Assembly (NCBI GenBank): GCA_002811645.1
Contig: PDIP01000073.1
Location: 1 to 64,000, forward strand
Direction of reading: 5' to 3'
DNA length: 64,000 nucleotides
DNA from: Corallochytrium limacisporum Hawaii
Lineage: Eukaryota; Protista; Pluriformea
A model generated the notes under the pieces. It saw only the letters and a program-made list of their open reading frames with translations, searched no databases and was not told where the DNA came from. Below are positions 20,592 to 34,238 of the stretch, piece by piece. The position numbers were made by a program, and so were the translations under genes. Numbering within the stretch: position 1 is the stretch's first letter; each line of letters starts with the position of its first letter.

Positions 20592-22695
20592 GTGATGCTA
20601 TTGCTGCTGTTGTTCCGGCTGTCCCTGTCTCTCTTCGCTGTGGTGACCGACAGCATCTCGCGAGGCCAGACTGGAAAAAGAAATAATACACGAGCCAAAG
20701 GCGGACAAACGGACCAGATAATTTTTTTTTTCCTTTGTCTGCTCGGACTCGGAGGACGAGGCGGAATATCTCGATGGCGGTTTCAATACGTTTTCTTCGC
20801 TGGCTTTCCCCTTCCCCCAATGTCTTCCTCCTAGAAATTAGAAATCGATCATCATCCGCTCCTTTTACCGCTGAATTCGTCCGGCTTTGCGATGGAGGGG
20901 GACCCCTCGTCTTCTCAAATACCGTGTCCCCGTCTCGTCGAAGCCTGCTGATTGGCTGAAGGGGATCATAGATTGAACAAAATGATGTGATCGACTAAAA
21001 CAAAAAACGACACAATGCCCCGTGACCAACCTCTTTTTGGCCCAGTTATGGGGAAAGGGAACTTCGGGCAGTTGACATTGCAGGCAGGTTGGTCACTACG
21101 TGAAATGTGGCAGTTCTAAAAATACCTGGCCGTTCGTATTCATTCATAGTGGGCCGTGGAAAGTCGACAGAGAAAGGAAGCTGACCCCGGGGGAGGGGAG
21201 GGAGGGGGACAAGTTCTGTGCAAGGTTCCATTGCGGGTAGATCAGTAGATGTCACACACTTTACTATCAGTGTGTGTACGTGTTGGCGCATATTATCTCT
21301 GCTGCAGCTCAATCAGCATAACAAGGTGTAAATCACATGGACATCATGGAGGCAAGCCGACCCTCCCTACATTGGCCCACCGGCGAATTTTTAGTCTCCC
21401 CGACACCAGTTCTTTGATGTTTGTCAGGGTCATGTGTCAATCCACATAGGCTCACGCTTATTGCTGACTTGGCCGCAGTGCCTCTGGTTTCATTGTCTGC
21501 TGTGTCCGGTGGAATCCGACAGCGATTCGCAGGAGGCAACCAGTCTCAGCCACTGAAGTTTCCTTTTCAGCTTTGCTTCCTGCGGTCAGTATCGACAAAG
21601 GAGAGTGCCTGTTTACATTAAGACGAAACGGTGACGGAGCTCGTTGATACCTTCATATGCCCAGTGGCGAAATTGACTTGTCTCATCTTGACCCGAGATC
21701 AGGAGAACCGCGTGTTTTTGTTGTTGGTACAAGTTTGCCTCTTGTGAGTATTTTGTTTTATTTATTGTTTTTTTAATTAGGTTGGTTGATGTTGCACAGC
21801 GCGGTCCAAAGACGGGCTCGGTACGTTAGCCAGGTTTGGCATTTTACCCAAGCCCTCGATTCAGCTTTGGCGCGATAATTCGGCCGATTGGGCTCCTTTA
21901 CTACATATTAGCACGTTTACTATGATGAAGTCCCGCCCCCTCCTGCCCCACTGTGGCCTTACGTTCACGGTTTCCCGAACCGAGGCCCCTTATATGAACA
22001 TTTTCCAAATTTCTGGCGAAAGACTTCTCCTGCTTTATTCGTTGCCATTGCGTCCCGCGCTCCTGCTCATTCGATCGCCGATCGGCTTGGACGTGTTGGG
22101 CCCGTTGAAGCCTCAACAAGTGGGAGAGGCTGTCGTCAATATTCAACTAAGAAAAAAACTGGAAATACCTGTTTTAATAGTGAATGTATTGATGTGTTGG
22201 CGTTGCTGTGGCGGGTCTCCCGGGACTGGGAACCCAACCGAAAGTTCGCAAACGAGGCTAGCCTAGCCTTGGGAAATGTCGGAGAGGGCGACAGGCAGCT
22301 CTCGCGGGCGCCCCAAGGGGTACCCGGGAGGGGGGACAGAGCCAAACGAGAGATCCAATAGTTTTAGAATGCTGGCATTCGCGATGACCGACTGCGCAGT
22401 CAGTCAAATCGGTTCATCAGTGGCAGCGAAGGTAACGCTGATGAGATGAATCTGAGCTGTTCGCACACGCATCAGTCGTCCGGGAGAGCCTCGCTTCATG
22501 GTGAAATATGTCATTATACACAGATCCCAGCTGCTGGCCCTACGATCCATCTCAGCGTCATGGCCAACCCATAGCAAGGCACCGTGCTATTGAAACACTT
22601 CGTCGGGGTTATGTTGTGACTATTATGCAGAATGTACTTGATAAAATTTGACAATGGAAACGTATGCACTCAATGAATAGTTGAGTTGTCGAAAT

Positions 22696-24114
22696 TTAAA
22701 CCTCGTTGCCGTTGACAAAGACGGGTTCACCGGCGTCAGAGGCCTTGACGGCGTCACCGGGCTTCTTCATCGTTGAGAAGTCCTGAGAGCCAGTGGTGAC
22801 TTGAGAGTCACGGTAGGCGTCACGGGGGTAAGCAGGCTCTCCGTGCTTGTACATATCCAGACCCTCAAGCTCGACCTTCTCAGTCACACGCAGCAGACCG
22901 GTGGCCTTGAAACCGAAGAAAAAGATGGCCATGGTGACGGCAACCCAAGCAATGACGGAGATGTTACCCACGATATTCCAGCCGAACTGCTTGAAGGAAT
23001 CCGAATCCCACTGGTAGAAGATACCGGTGTCGACGGAGAACAGAGGAGCAGCCAGAGTACCCCAGATACCAGCACCCAGATGGACGGCGACCGCCTCAAC
23101 AGGGTCATCAATTCCAGCCTTCAGAATCATCTTGGCCCACAAAACTTCAGTGATACCGGCGACAATACCGATCACGTAGGCGGCCCAGGGGTAGACAGCG
23201 TTTACACCAGCGCAAATGGCAACCATACCGGCCAGGGCACCATTCACGGCTCCGAGGAAGGACCAGGCCTTGTTCTCGGCACGCAGGATGACCAGGGCAG
23301 AGATAGCACCACCGGCACCAGCCAACAGAGTGTTAACAATGGCAGCGTTCAGAACATAGGCGGAGCCACCAACAACGGACAATTCAGAACCACCGTTGAA
23401 AGCGAAGAAGCCGAACCAAAGGATGAAACCACCGAGGGCAGCGAGGACGGTAGAGTGACCGGGCATGGGCAGAGGGCGGCCAGCCTCGTCGAAACGACCG
23501 ATACGGGGACCAATAGCAATGGCACCGACCAAACCAGCAGTACCACCGACACAGTGGACCAGAGTGGAGCCAGCGAAGTCCTGGAAGCCAATGGCACCAT
23601 CGTTGGGACCTTCAGTAGCGAGCCAGCCACCACCCCACTGCCAGTGAGTAGCGATGGGGTAGACGAAGCCAGTCAGGACAATGGAATACATCATGTAGCC
23701 CTGGAGGGTCATACGCTCGGCAACGGCACCAGACACAATGGTGGCGGCAGTGGCAGCGAAGGCGAACTGGAACCAGAAGTCAGAGAACAGACCACGGTTC
23801 TCGCAGTTGTTCAGATCGTGGAGGGCGAAAAAGTTGTCGCCAGCGAACTCGTTGTCACCGCCATAGGCGAAACCGTAACCGAGCAGCCAGTAGGATGAGG
23901 CACCGATCGCAATATCCATGAAGTTCTTGAACAGAATATTTGTAGCATTCTTGGAGCGAATAGAACCAGCTTCGAGGAAAGCGAAACCTCCCTGCATCAA
24001 GAAGACGACCATACCCATGATAGCCAGGAACAGCTGGTCAATGGAGACCTCGAGGGCATCAATGCGCTCGACATCAGTCTCAGCAGTAGGACAATCAAAA
24101 GCACCAGCAACCAT
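22696..24114 (-). CDS. Ammonium transporter (Amt1-type), paralogue B
   Basis: Same Amt motifs as 14111-15553 (DFAGSTLVH, GPRIGRF, IDDPVEAVAVH); colinear and highly similar to paralogue A. Confidence 0.97.
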   Translation of the reverse strand: MVAGAFDCPTAETDVERIDALEVSIDQLFLAIMGMVVFLMQGGFAFLEAGSIRSKNATNILFKNFMDIAIGASSYWLLGYGFAYGGDNEFAGDNFFALHDLNNCENRGLFSDFWFQFAFAATAATIVSGAVAERMTLQGYMMYSIVLTGFVYPIATHWQWGGGWLATEGPNDGAIGFQDFAGSTLVHCVGGTAGLVGAIAIGPRIGRFDEAGRPLPMPGHSTVLAALGGFILWFGFFAFNGGSELSVVGGSAYVLNAAIVNTLLAGAGGAISALVILRAENKAWSFLGAVNGALAGMVAICAGVNAVYPWAAYVIGIVAGITEVLWAKMILKAGIDDPVEAVAVHLGAGIWGTLAAPLFSVDTGIFYQWDSDSFKQFGWNIVGNISVIAWVAVTMAIFFFGFKATGLLRVTEKVELEGLDMYKHGEPAYPRDAYRDSQVTTGSQDFSTMKKPGDAVKASDAGEPVFVNGNEV

Positions 24115-24126
24115 TTTGAAGGAGTG

Positions 24127-24218
24127 CTATGTGAACGTAGATATTAGAACAACTCTACTTTAGGATACTGATTCAGCAAAAACTTTTCCACTGAAGCGAT
24201 CTGAATCACTTTAAATAC
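24127..24218 (-). other. Predicted 5'UTR introns of AMT-B: 51 nt / 9-nt exon / 32 nt
   Basis: CAG|GTATTT...ATCAG (24218-24168), exon TATCCTAAA, GTAGAG...CATAG (24158-24127); ends 12 nt before the ATG. Confidence 0.45.
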
Positions 24219-27200
24219 CTGGGCCCAGCACACCACGTTGCGCTTCTTTCGCCGGCCGACTCTTTGTTGTGATGCAAACGTCTCATCACATTGTTCGCGT
24301 TTACAACAACTCCCGATCGGAAGGAACCACAACCAAGCAGGTGGGCTTACAGGAACCCCAAATTTGGATTCCCTGCGAGTTCCTCAGTCAAACAGCACCA
24401 CCCCCCCTTGAGTATGTAAGTAAAGGCTTATGCGCTTGTCAAACAGGAGATTTGATAACAGATACGTGTGTTAGTTCACTAGTAGTTTGGACAGAGTGAC
24501 ACGCAATGGACGGGCTGCCGATAGTATTTGAATGATAGTTTTTCATCTCGAAACAAACAGGGTAATGTCCACTTTCTCGCCGGGGGCCCTTCCCCTCTTC
24601 CCCCCTCCCCTCTTTCCCTTCCGTTCCGCCTTCCCCCCCCCTCTCCCCCGGGGGCCCCTCCCGCTTTGGTTCCCCAAGGCCTGAGAAGCTCTCACACCTA
24701 ACACCAAGCCGACCCCCTTCCCCCTCCTCTTCGGGAGGTGAAGAGCGAAAGTCCTTTCCCCTTCCCCCCGGCCCTCTCTGGGATGGGCTAAGCTTGTATT
24801 ATTGTGCACGGTCCCGTTCAAAACACTGTGCGGGGATTGCCTCTTGCAAAAGCGTCTGGGTCAGTGCTGCCATTGAGTCATAGAATCTCGACTTAAAGAC
24901 ATACAGACCAATCACGCGTATTACGTTGAACAAGTCAGAACCTCACATTTCCCTTTCTATTTGTAACTCTGTGCATCATCTGGCACCATGTCGATGTCCG
25001 TTGGAAAATGCAAGTGTGACCACCATTGCTACACATCCAATTGTGCTGCGTGTGTGGAGGCATGGGTTTGCGCAGAAAGAGAGCTAGGGAGCGGTCAAGG
25101 CTTGGACACCTTTCGGCCCGGAGAACCATGGTGTTCCGGTAACCAACGCAGAGGATTGCCCACAAACCCTTGCATTCTCTGTCCAATTTCAGGTTCCGTA
25201 TTCAGCACCAAGAAACGAAGTTTTCTTCACGTATCACACCCATCTTCGCTTGTTCGGCAGGTTTTCGTGTACGAATGTGGGCCTATAGGTAGGAAAGCAA
25301 GGTTAAAGTCTTATGTTTCTCAGCGACAGTAGTATCTCCATGATGGAGATGAGAGTACACTTGCCTACCCGTCACATCATTGAGAACCGGGAATCATTCA
25401 CTGAGCATCCTGTCGAAACTTCTTCTTCATTCTTCTGCCTTTTCTTGGCCCGCTGTTTCCTAGCCGGCCAAAGCCACCATGTTTGCTGTATTGTTGTTTT
25501 TCTTATTATATCCTAGCGTCCCCGTTTCTTTCGCTTTAAAAATATGCCAACAAGTTCAGACGCACGAAGCACTGATAGTGACTAGGCAGCAGCACGTACT
25601 CAACGTCGCGAGACGTTACGAAAAATGGACATGAAGCCCATCGAGGGACGAACTAGTCCGTCTAAGCATTGAACATCTGCATGCTGAGAGGGCATTGAAC
25701 TGCATGCTCACCCTTTGAGGTGAGCAGGGGATGGAACAAGACAACCGGGTATTCAGGAAGTGTGTGGGTGTATGAATGGACTCAGCTAGAACGCAAAAAG
25801 AAAAAGAAACGGATTTCCATAGCGGTTCTACGCCGACAATCAGGCACAGATTCTTCGGTTTTCCACCAAACCAAAAAAATACTGTCATACTCAAACGGGG
25901 CTGTTCTACACGAGTTTTCCGGGACGCCAAGAATGGCCATCGGGACCAAAGAACAAAATAATCGGATGACTCTCCGTCGCGTAGGGAATATATACGGAAA
26001 CCGCGGCTGTGACAGAGAAGCACAGGATATTCGTGATCGTCTGAGGCCAGTTTCCTGAACTCACTGGTATCCGGTGACGTCCGCGAACACACGGGTGAGT
26101 CAGTGCAATGGTGCAAGTCCACAGGTATGGACAGATACCCAGCAAACTCAGACGGTACAACCCCTATCGTAGTATGTGCGACCTTGGGTGTAAATGGTGC
26201 AAGAAAAGAAGAAGAACTTTGAACCTGTTCGGTGTTTTCCGTCAGCGGCTGTGCCCAATTTTCCGAGGGCTTTTTGGGCGGTGCAAGACAACTGGTTTTG
26301 GGGCAGAACGTTCTCTATAGACTCCTTGCAGGTGGGCGCTGCGTGCCGAATTCTCCCGGTTTTCGATGTGCAAGCCAGTTTCTGGAGATGGCTATTTCCT
26401 ACCAAATGACACCATCGCCTTCGGCGATAGAAGAAAATGCTGAAATTGGCGGGCGCACTCGGCGGGCCCAAAAGTAGCCAGTTGAAAGACATGGAGTTCT
26501 CCAACCCACTGCCAAAATACCTTCAAACAAGACCACTGTCCGCTGGACATGAGCAATATACAGTTTATGCCAGGCTCGACGACAGTTGATTGATGGAAAG
26601 TGGATCATACTCCACGGGTTTAATGATGTCCATTATTGCTACAGTCAACAACAGAAAGCTCTCTATTCTCCTTTCAAAACAGTCCCGTTCACCCGCCCTA
26701 ACTCCAACCAGTTAGAACACTATGGAGGGGAGGGAAGAACCACGCTTCTGCGCAGAATCACACTCTCTCGCTGTCGTTCACGGACAATGACGTGATTAGT
26801 CTGCCGCGGGCGGTCTTCCCATATATTCAGTGTTATGCGTCATGTAAAGACACCTTCGGACGAAGCGAAATTCCATCCTGGAACGAATTGACTCTTGCTG
26901 AAGAGAAAGGTGACGGGGTCCATCTAGCAATGAACTCTTGCTTCAGCGCAATTGACATTGCGGTGATTGTGATGATATGGTGAACTGGTAGGCTTGTGTA
27001 GATCTGTTGTGTCTGTTCACAAATCTGTCCGTTTCATCCAATACATAAAATTCTACACCATGTGACTTCCCCTGTTCGCTAGGGGTGAGAGTACCTTTGT
27101 GTTCGGACTGTCACAAAGGCGGTTGGGGAAACAATCAATTCCACACCCTTGTGTATACCCCTGTTGTTCAACATGTTTGGCGTTGCTCGTGCATGATCAA

Positions 27201-30200
27201 CGTGCCCTTGATGTTGGGTAGTAAGTGAAGGAGGGCCTCAAATGAGAACCTGTCCTTGCTCATGCATGCATGTCATTGCAATGCGTATACCAACAGCAGG
27301 AGTGCACACCCTTATACGCCTGGTACTAAGAATCCTATAGACCGGACCCCATTGATACGTAACTGCGTATTATCTGTAGTACGGTGTGGTTTCGAAACGT
27401 GGAGGAAATCCGTCCCTCCACTGGAGCTCCACCTTTTGTTAGAAATAGATGACCATCTCAGTTACGTCAAAGAGTCTGGCCATGCAGTGTCTCTCTGAGT
27501 TTGTGTTATCAACTCTGTCCGCTCACATGCTCGCACCATGTCTACGAGTATGTATCTCTTAACCTGCGGACGTTGAGGTCACTCGAGTTCGTGCCGCTGT
27601 GCTGGAGAATATGCTGAACTAATCGACTACTTCCCTTCCACCAACATCACACGATGCATCCAACCAGCAGTAGAATCTTATCAAGGAATTTCAACAGACA
27701 CCGGGACACAATAGTACCATCTGATTCTCGAACCAACTCCGCGGCAGTCTCCCCTGGAATCCAATGTACAATTGCTTCCTTCACAACCCCACGCCCCCGG
27801 GAGTCAAATTTTCCGACCACCTCAGACCGTGCTAAAAGTAGTTTTGTAGCAACCAGCGGAAGCCAGAGTTCCAGACTGAAATGTGGCACTTCAGCCATGG
27901 AATAAGAAGTTAGAAACAATCTGACGTGATATCAAATGGTTTGTCGGCTCCATCAGCAATGACTAGGACCGCCGGTATGCATTACACATAGTAAAGCGAT
28001 AGAGAGAATGACGGAGCGAGGCAGAAGACGCACGGGAGGGCGGGCAGGCCGGAGAAGCTCTCCCCTTAATTATTCCGCACACATTAATGCTGAGTTGGTT
28101 CATGAACTGCATAACGAATGTACGAAGAAAACCAGTGCAGTGTATGGTAAGTAGGCTACTCTCACATGTTTTTGTGCGAGTAGTGAAATGTACCAGGAAT
28201 GTAGCATCAGCAACCGCGGACGAGTTGACCCACCACCAAAACACTTAGGCATGTTGGGGGTTTGAGCTAAGCAACCAGCGCGGTGGACGGAGGCGTGAAG
28301 CCGGAACGGACATTCACCCGAGTCAAACGGTGAAACTCACGGGACAGGGCGTCGAGTCTGACAGAGCGGTCATCATACGCCTAGGTGCGGTTGAACACAA
28401 TGACATCCTCTGCTAGACACTTAGGGCCTAAAAGCGTGGCCGTGAGCGGTGTGTGTTTGTCTTGCATGCTTCATTGGGTGGATAATATGATGGATCTAGG
28501 CGTGCAGACGATGCCAGCCACGTTTGGACGTCGACGATGAGGTGATTTGGGGTCGGAACCTGCACATTCGGAGCGCCTGGGTCAGATCTGAGGCCCTTTC
28601 AGGCGCTGTTCCTCATTATTCTTCTTCGAAAATTTCCTTTTTGTATACAACGTGTGGGCAGCAGAGAAGCTTCCCTACCCGCTGCTTCCCCGACGGATCA
28701 GGGTTTCGTTAAACAAGGTCCACTAAGTCACTTGTAAACTCTCTTTGTAGGTGCTGTGCTTCATTTTGACTGAATTGGACAGTTTTGCTATTGAAAATTT
28801 ATTCACGCATAGCAAATCGATAGTTGCCAACACCGGCCGGTGTTTACCGGAACGTGTGGGCGAGGCTACCAACGCACGAAACGCTCGTATTCTTGTCGAC
28901 ATGTTTATACCTCGCGCTTGGTAATCATCGTGAAGGTGTGTTCCCACCTGCGCAACGTGCAAAGTGAGTTCTTCAAATCCCCTGTTGATACCGAACCCAA
29001 AAGTTTTATGCAATTTATTATGTAGCGCTGAAGGAACACAGTAAAGGACAAATCAGGGCACGCGCCCTCCTCCGTTCAGAACAGAAATTGGATCATCGCG
29101 CGGTATCCAGAAAAAAAATCATCGACCGCGAACCATTTTTGGGGAACTAATACCGGGGACAATGTATGCAAAAGGCGCAGCTACCATTCGCGACCCTGCG
29201 TAGACGAGCGACAAGGCTATCCCCAACACCCGGGGTGCTACGTCACGGCGATCTCGAGAATGCAGGCAGGCAAAGCTGTCGAGTTTCTGCCAATCCTTGT
29301 CATACTAAACATATGCGTCCGGCAGATCACATGTTTTCGGACCCGTTCAAAATTCAGTAATATTGATGGGCTACCCCTGTGCACACCAAAACTGTCGTTG
29401 TCAAAACACAACATACAGACATGCACTATCCAGTAAAGCTAAAATGAGTTCGTACTTTCTTGGATTCTTCCCCAAGTAAAATACGAGCAAATGTCAGTGT
29501 TTGCAAGAGTATTGGATTCCATGCCAGGCGTCACCAAACGAGTATTAATTGGACATGGTGTAGCAAACCTAATGGATACAGAATATTGCGGAGTTGGTGC
29601 CCAGTGCAAGATGTTCCATGTTTCATACAAAATGAGAATCTCAGGGGGGCACGATTCACCACAACCAACCGCGTGCGATTCGTGTTGACGCGCCTTCCGA
29701 ACTGAATATGTTGAAGGCTTTGGTGGTTGGCGTGAAAGAGCCACTCCCTCGTTCTCAATAGCGTTTGCGTTGCTTGTTCGATCTATTCGTATTCGTCGTT
29801 GCATCGATGGTTAACGCACTTCTGGTGGCGCGGAGGGTTTGCCCGGTCGTGGCGATTTCGGACACGTTGAGTTTTACGCTCGGAATGCAGGACCATTCTA
29901 TTTTTAAGCACCCTCGAACGGGTCCTGGTCGCTGGTGGCCATACTCTGCTACCACAACCCTCCGATAGAATTCGCCAGTAAACGGAAAGCCCGCATACCG
30001 AAAATAGACTCCTAATTTTGGCCTCCGTCACTCTTCCGAAGGGCCAGCCGGATAATCACGTCATTTGCACGGGGTCTATAGTGAATATACTGGATCCGCA
30101 ACACGCCGCGCGGGTAAAGGCGGAAAGGGGAAAGGGAGCCCTTTCCCCCTTCTCTCCCGGAGTGCGTAGCCAGGAAATTGATCCACACTGGCACTGTTCA

Positions 30201-33200
30201 CACTGATCGCTCCACAATTTGCACAGACCACGGATCCAGCCATTCCTTCGGTTTGAGAGTGAGCATGATACATGCATGATGAACACCTTTGGTTCCAAAC
30301 TATTCACCGGCAGTTCACAACAGAGACTAAGTGTTACCGGATCGACATTAAGCAGCCTCGTTTCATGCATGAGTACCGTGATTGTACGGTAAGGGATCAA
30401 TCTACTCTGCGACGACATGCGTATGTCACATGGCCCAAACTTGTGATGTATATAGGAGATGTGGAACGCCTCCCAAATTCTCATGTTTGGTCTTCCATCA
30501 ATACAGAACTTTCCAAACGAAAAATGCAATATGTTAAGTATGGCGCTTCACACGTCACAGCTATTTTGGAATTGTCGCACAGTCTTTAGAAACTCTTAGT
30601 GAACTCGCGGTCATTTGTTACCGTTGCCTTATTGAAAAGCCGGTAGACTGGGATAGATTTGCGAACGCAAATGCATTTCCTCTCTGAATAGTACGCAGAT
30701 TGAAGAACAGGATGTAGGCCGCGGGATGTGTGACACTAAAATCAATCATGTAAGTGTCCTTCGCGACCATGACTGACATCTTCATGCTTTCTCGCGACGA
30801 TACACGATTTGGCCACCCTGTTTGTACTACAGATTCACCATCTCCACTTGTCACAATCAGCGTGAAGACGATGATGATCCATCATCCACGAATCATGTGA
30901 GAACCTTATTTCCGGAGACAGATGCGGACACACCTACAATCGTCATCATGTTTGGCCCGCTTCCTTGACCCCGCTCGCGTTGATAGACGATGCTGTCCGT
31001 TTGCGTTGATGATGACGGTTGATATACTTCTCCATGATACCGGCTCTGTCAGTTGAGTCGGCCGCCTTACAGTGTCCTACGGACTTACTGGCCCGTCCGT
31101 ACTTTCGGTTCAGGACCTGAAAGCAACCAACGACACTGCTTTGCGGTACTTGTGCACGATTGTGGGTTGGGTTGGGGTCGTCTGAGGAGCGTCTGTGCAA
31201 GTTGTGGCCCGGCCCCAACTAAGGAATGCCCGACTTAGAAAAATGGGGTCAGAACCGACGCTTCTTTGTCTTCCTCCTGGACAGCAAAATCTTCTTTGGC
31301 CATTTTTACCTTCGAAAGCACATCATCCGTGGAAGGCGGAAGAGGTGGGTCGATGTAGTCGAGGCAGCTGAAAACATCACAGCAACCAAAAACCGACAAA
31401 CCTGAGCACAACATTTAACTCACCACAGAGAAACGATGAGAGTTGGCAGTTACAAGGGACGCAGGAGGAAAGGGAAGGAAAATTTAGTTGATTGGGGCGA
31501 ACACTCTCCAAGAAACCAGCAAACAGATCGGACCATCTATCGTATATATCGATGAATACATCTTGACTGACGCACCGTGTCAAACTGGTAGATAATAAAC
31601 AACAATATCGTCGACAAGCATAACAGACAAGCATGATAAACTCAGGGTCCGCAGCTGATCATCACAAGGCATGTGGAGATGTCAAGGGCATCTGGGCATG
31701 GGTGTGAGGTTACTGTGACATACCGTCTCGACTCCTCTCCTCCTCTACTCCTTGCTCCAGTAAAAGTATGGAAACGGAACTCCTTCACAACGGGCACTCA
31801 GACACAGTGGAGCGTCCCCTGTATTGCACAGCTTGAAGTGTTTGGCGAGCTAGAACCGTTCACTCATCCCCTGGCCGTATGTAGAGCAGGTAGGGGAGGT
31901 GAGCATGGTTGAGCTTCGTGGAACATTTCGCCGCCTTGCTCAGTCTCTCACTCCTTCTCGGAACAAGGGTAGAGGGTAACACAGCCGAGGTCCCTTCTCT
32001 GTGACCGAAAAAGCTCGAAGGCAATGGCCTCCTCTATTCCATTGCTCAACGGTGTGGTGATCACGAGTTCCCGCGCTGTGTCGACTTGCGCACACACGTC
32101 GCCGTGTTTTTCGCGACCGATGACGCGGTTGATCACATCATTGAGGATAATCATGTGTCACACAGCCAGGGGCAACAGCAGCAGTGGAATGCAGTAGTGG
32201 GTCCGAACTGGTTGAGTGTGCTGTTCGTCGGGTCGGTGTAGAAACTGCCAGGCCGAAGCAACCCACTCCCTCCCCTCGTTTCGGTGGGGGTCATCTAAGT
32301 AAGGAGGGGCTCTTGCACGGTCACTCATTGCAGGCGCACCTGTGGACACTTGGTCTCTGTTCTCCATGTCTGACCTATGTGTGGAGCTTGGTGGATCTCT
32401 TTATATACAGTTGATGCTTGTCATTACTTGAAGCAAAGTAGTATGCATAATATATTTGTAGGAACAAATCGGATGCACAACTGTGGGTAGTAAGTCGATA
32501 CCGCTATGGAACCTGCAATGAAACATCTTGTACGGGAACAATAGACCACGACTCACCCTTGAGCATCCGAGCATAACTGTGGACCACCATGTGATGGTCT
32601 CAGATAGTCTCTCCCGGCGTATGTTCGGAGTCGGTCGGGGAGCAAGTAGGTACCGGCACCGCACTCAAAACAGTATTCTACAGTTCAGCATCCACATCGG
32701 CGCCAGTTGCGCCGTCTCCATGTCAATGACGAAACTGTTGTACCACAGGACTGTCCTGGGTTCCATGGCCAACTGCCAGGGGCATAGGCCTAAGCGCCTC
32801 GTCGTCAACTCGGAAGCCAGCTTTCTGAGAAAATCTTCAATGCGTCGCGGGACAACTTGACAAGGTCTGGGAAGATTCCTATCAACTATGACGTTTTGAA
32901 TGGTTCGAGTTGACGTATCGCAAGAGTCCTGTAGTAGTAGTAAAGGAGTACTGACAACGGATTCCATGATCTCATAATACAGTCCCAATCCAGGAAAGAT
33001 AGTTCTAACAACCCCCCTGTATCAATGACTTCCTCAGAGTCCCGGTCACTGTAAGATCTGGAGCCCAACCTGGCCAGCAATACCCTCAAGTCTTGAAGGC
33101 AAGCAGACACTGGGGACTTGCAGGCAGCTCAGCAGAATCATCTCGTGCTATTTAACCTCCCTCCGGTGCGTCAATGGACAGGCACCATCCAGTTAAAGAA

Positions 33201-34082
33201 TTCAGAACAGCAGGAACCGCACAGACGGGGTTCGCAGATTCCTTCTTGGCACTGGGCCCGAGGAATTGTGACGTACTTGTTGAGACAAACCCGTCCAAAG
33301 AGCTCAGGGATGGGATTCTGGGTCTGAAATCCCCATCCGTTCATGCGCACACGAGAGATCAAACAAACAGAGTGGTTTCGAAATGCACGGGGAACCCGGG
33401 CTGCAATTGCGTTGGAGGATGACACACATCAGCACCCACAGAGTGGAGGACTCGATGAAATGATACCTATGCAGATTTCGTCTGACGATTTAGCTTGGGC
33501 ACACTCACTTCCCAACCAAATAACGAAGTGTCAGAAGCTAAACCCACCAAACACCTAAGATGTTATGTTTGATTGATCCACTGGTGCTTCAGAGGCCATG
33601 ATATGATTTGCTGAGTACTGAAACAGGTGGTAAGCACCAGAGGGCCACTGGGTGATTGCTCTGGCAGGTGCCCGATGCAGATCATACGGCACTCAGAATC
33701 ACGACTCATCCACGGAATTCTGTTAGGACCAGCAAATGGGAGGGGGCCGGTCCGAAAAATGGACTCGCCTCCATCGCAAAAAATAAATTGCGCAGACTCC
33801 CAAAATAATGGCGGGTCTTTTGGCGCCCCGCCCACCAGGCCCCCCCCCCCATTCCCGGGGCCGGAGAGGGGAATTCATCTAAATTAAAAAATTGTTAGGT
33901 TTCGGTTTTTGGGAAAATATTCACAGAGGGCAGGGCCCCACATTCCCTTTCCGGACTGTCCGCGACCGCTGCCGGTCAGGCCATTGAATTTCATAAACTC
34001 TTTGCACTCTGGGAATTGGGCGACGTTAAGTGAAATGCAAAGGTTTGATCAAGATCAGGCTCGGACAATCGTGAGTACATGT

Positions 34083-34167
34083 CGGCTTGCACGAAATCGG
34101 CCTACAGCTTGTTGACGATGAAGTCTTTGCAAGCTGAGGCGTCATAGAAGAAACGCAGTGGGAGCCG
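34083..34167 (-). promoter_or_regulatory. Eukaryotic SECIS element (type II) in the 3'UTR of the FrnE/DsbA selenoprotein gene
   Basis: Minus strand: AUGAC (34145-34141), helix II GCCUCAGCUUG/CAAGCUG-U-AGGC, unpaired AAA (34128-34126), ministem GAC/GUC, CGAU (34099-34096), lower helix CGGCU/AGCCG. Confidence 0.9.
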
Positions 34168-34238
34168 GTCGAGGATAGAGTTTATGATAGCTCTCGACGA
34201 CTAAGTGTCTGTGGAAAATTAGAAGAACGTTCGCAACC

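Noticed and set aside
20383-20834. Poly-Ala, poly-Leu and poly-Ser ORFs
   Set aside because: Products of the CTG microsatellite in low-complexity DNA; no coding signal
22418-22432. 15-nt match to AMT coding sequence in intergenic DNA
   Set aside because: A few 15-mer matches are expected by chance at this window size; no extension
22801-23898. 365-aa plus-strand ORF; likewise 42978-44732 (584 aa)
   Set aside because: Antisense shadows of strongly codon-biased genes (AMT-B and V-ATPase A)
25580-33430. Frames with several in-frame TGA (alternative code or multi-Sec protein)
   Set aside because: No homology or SECIS seen; TAA/TAG and frame changes also break them; TGA is a normal stop in AMT-A, MACROD and the ZFYVE26-like gene
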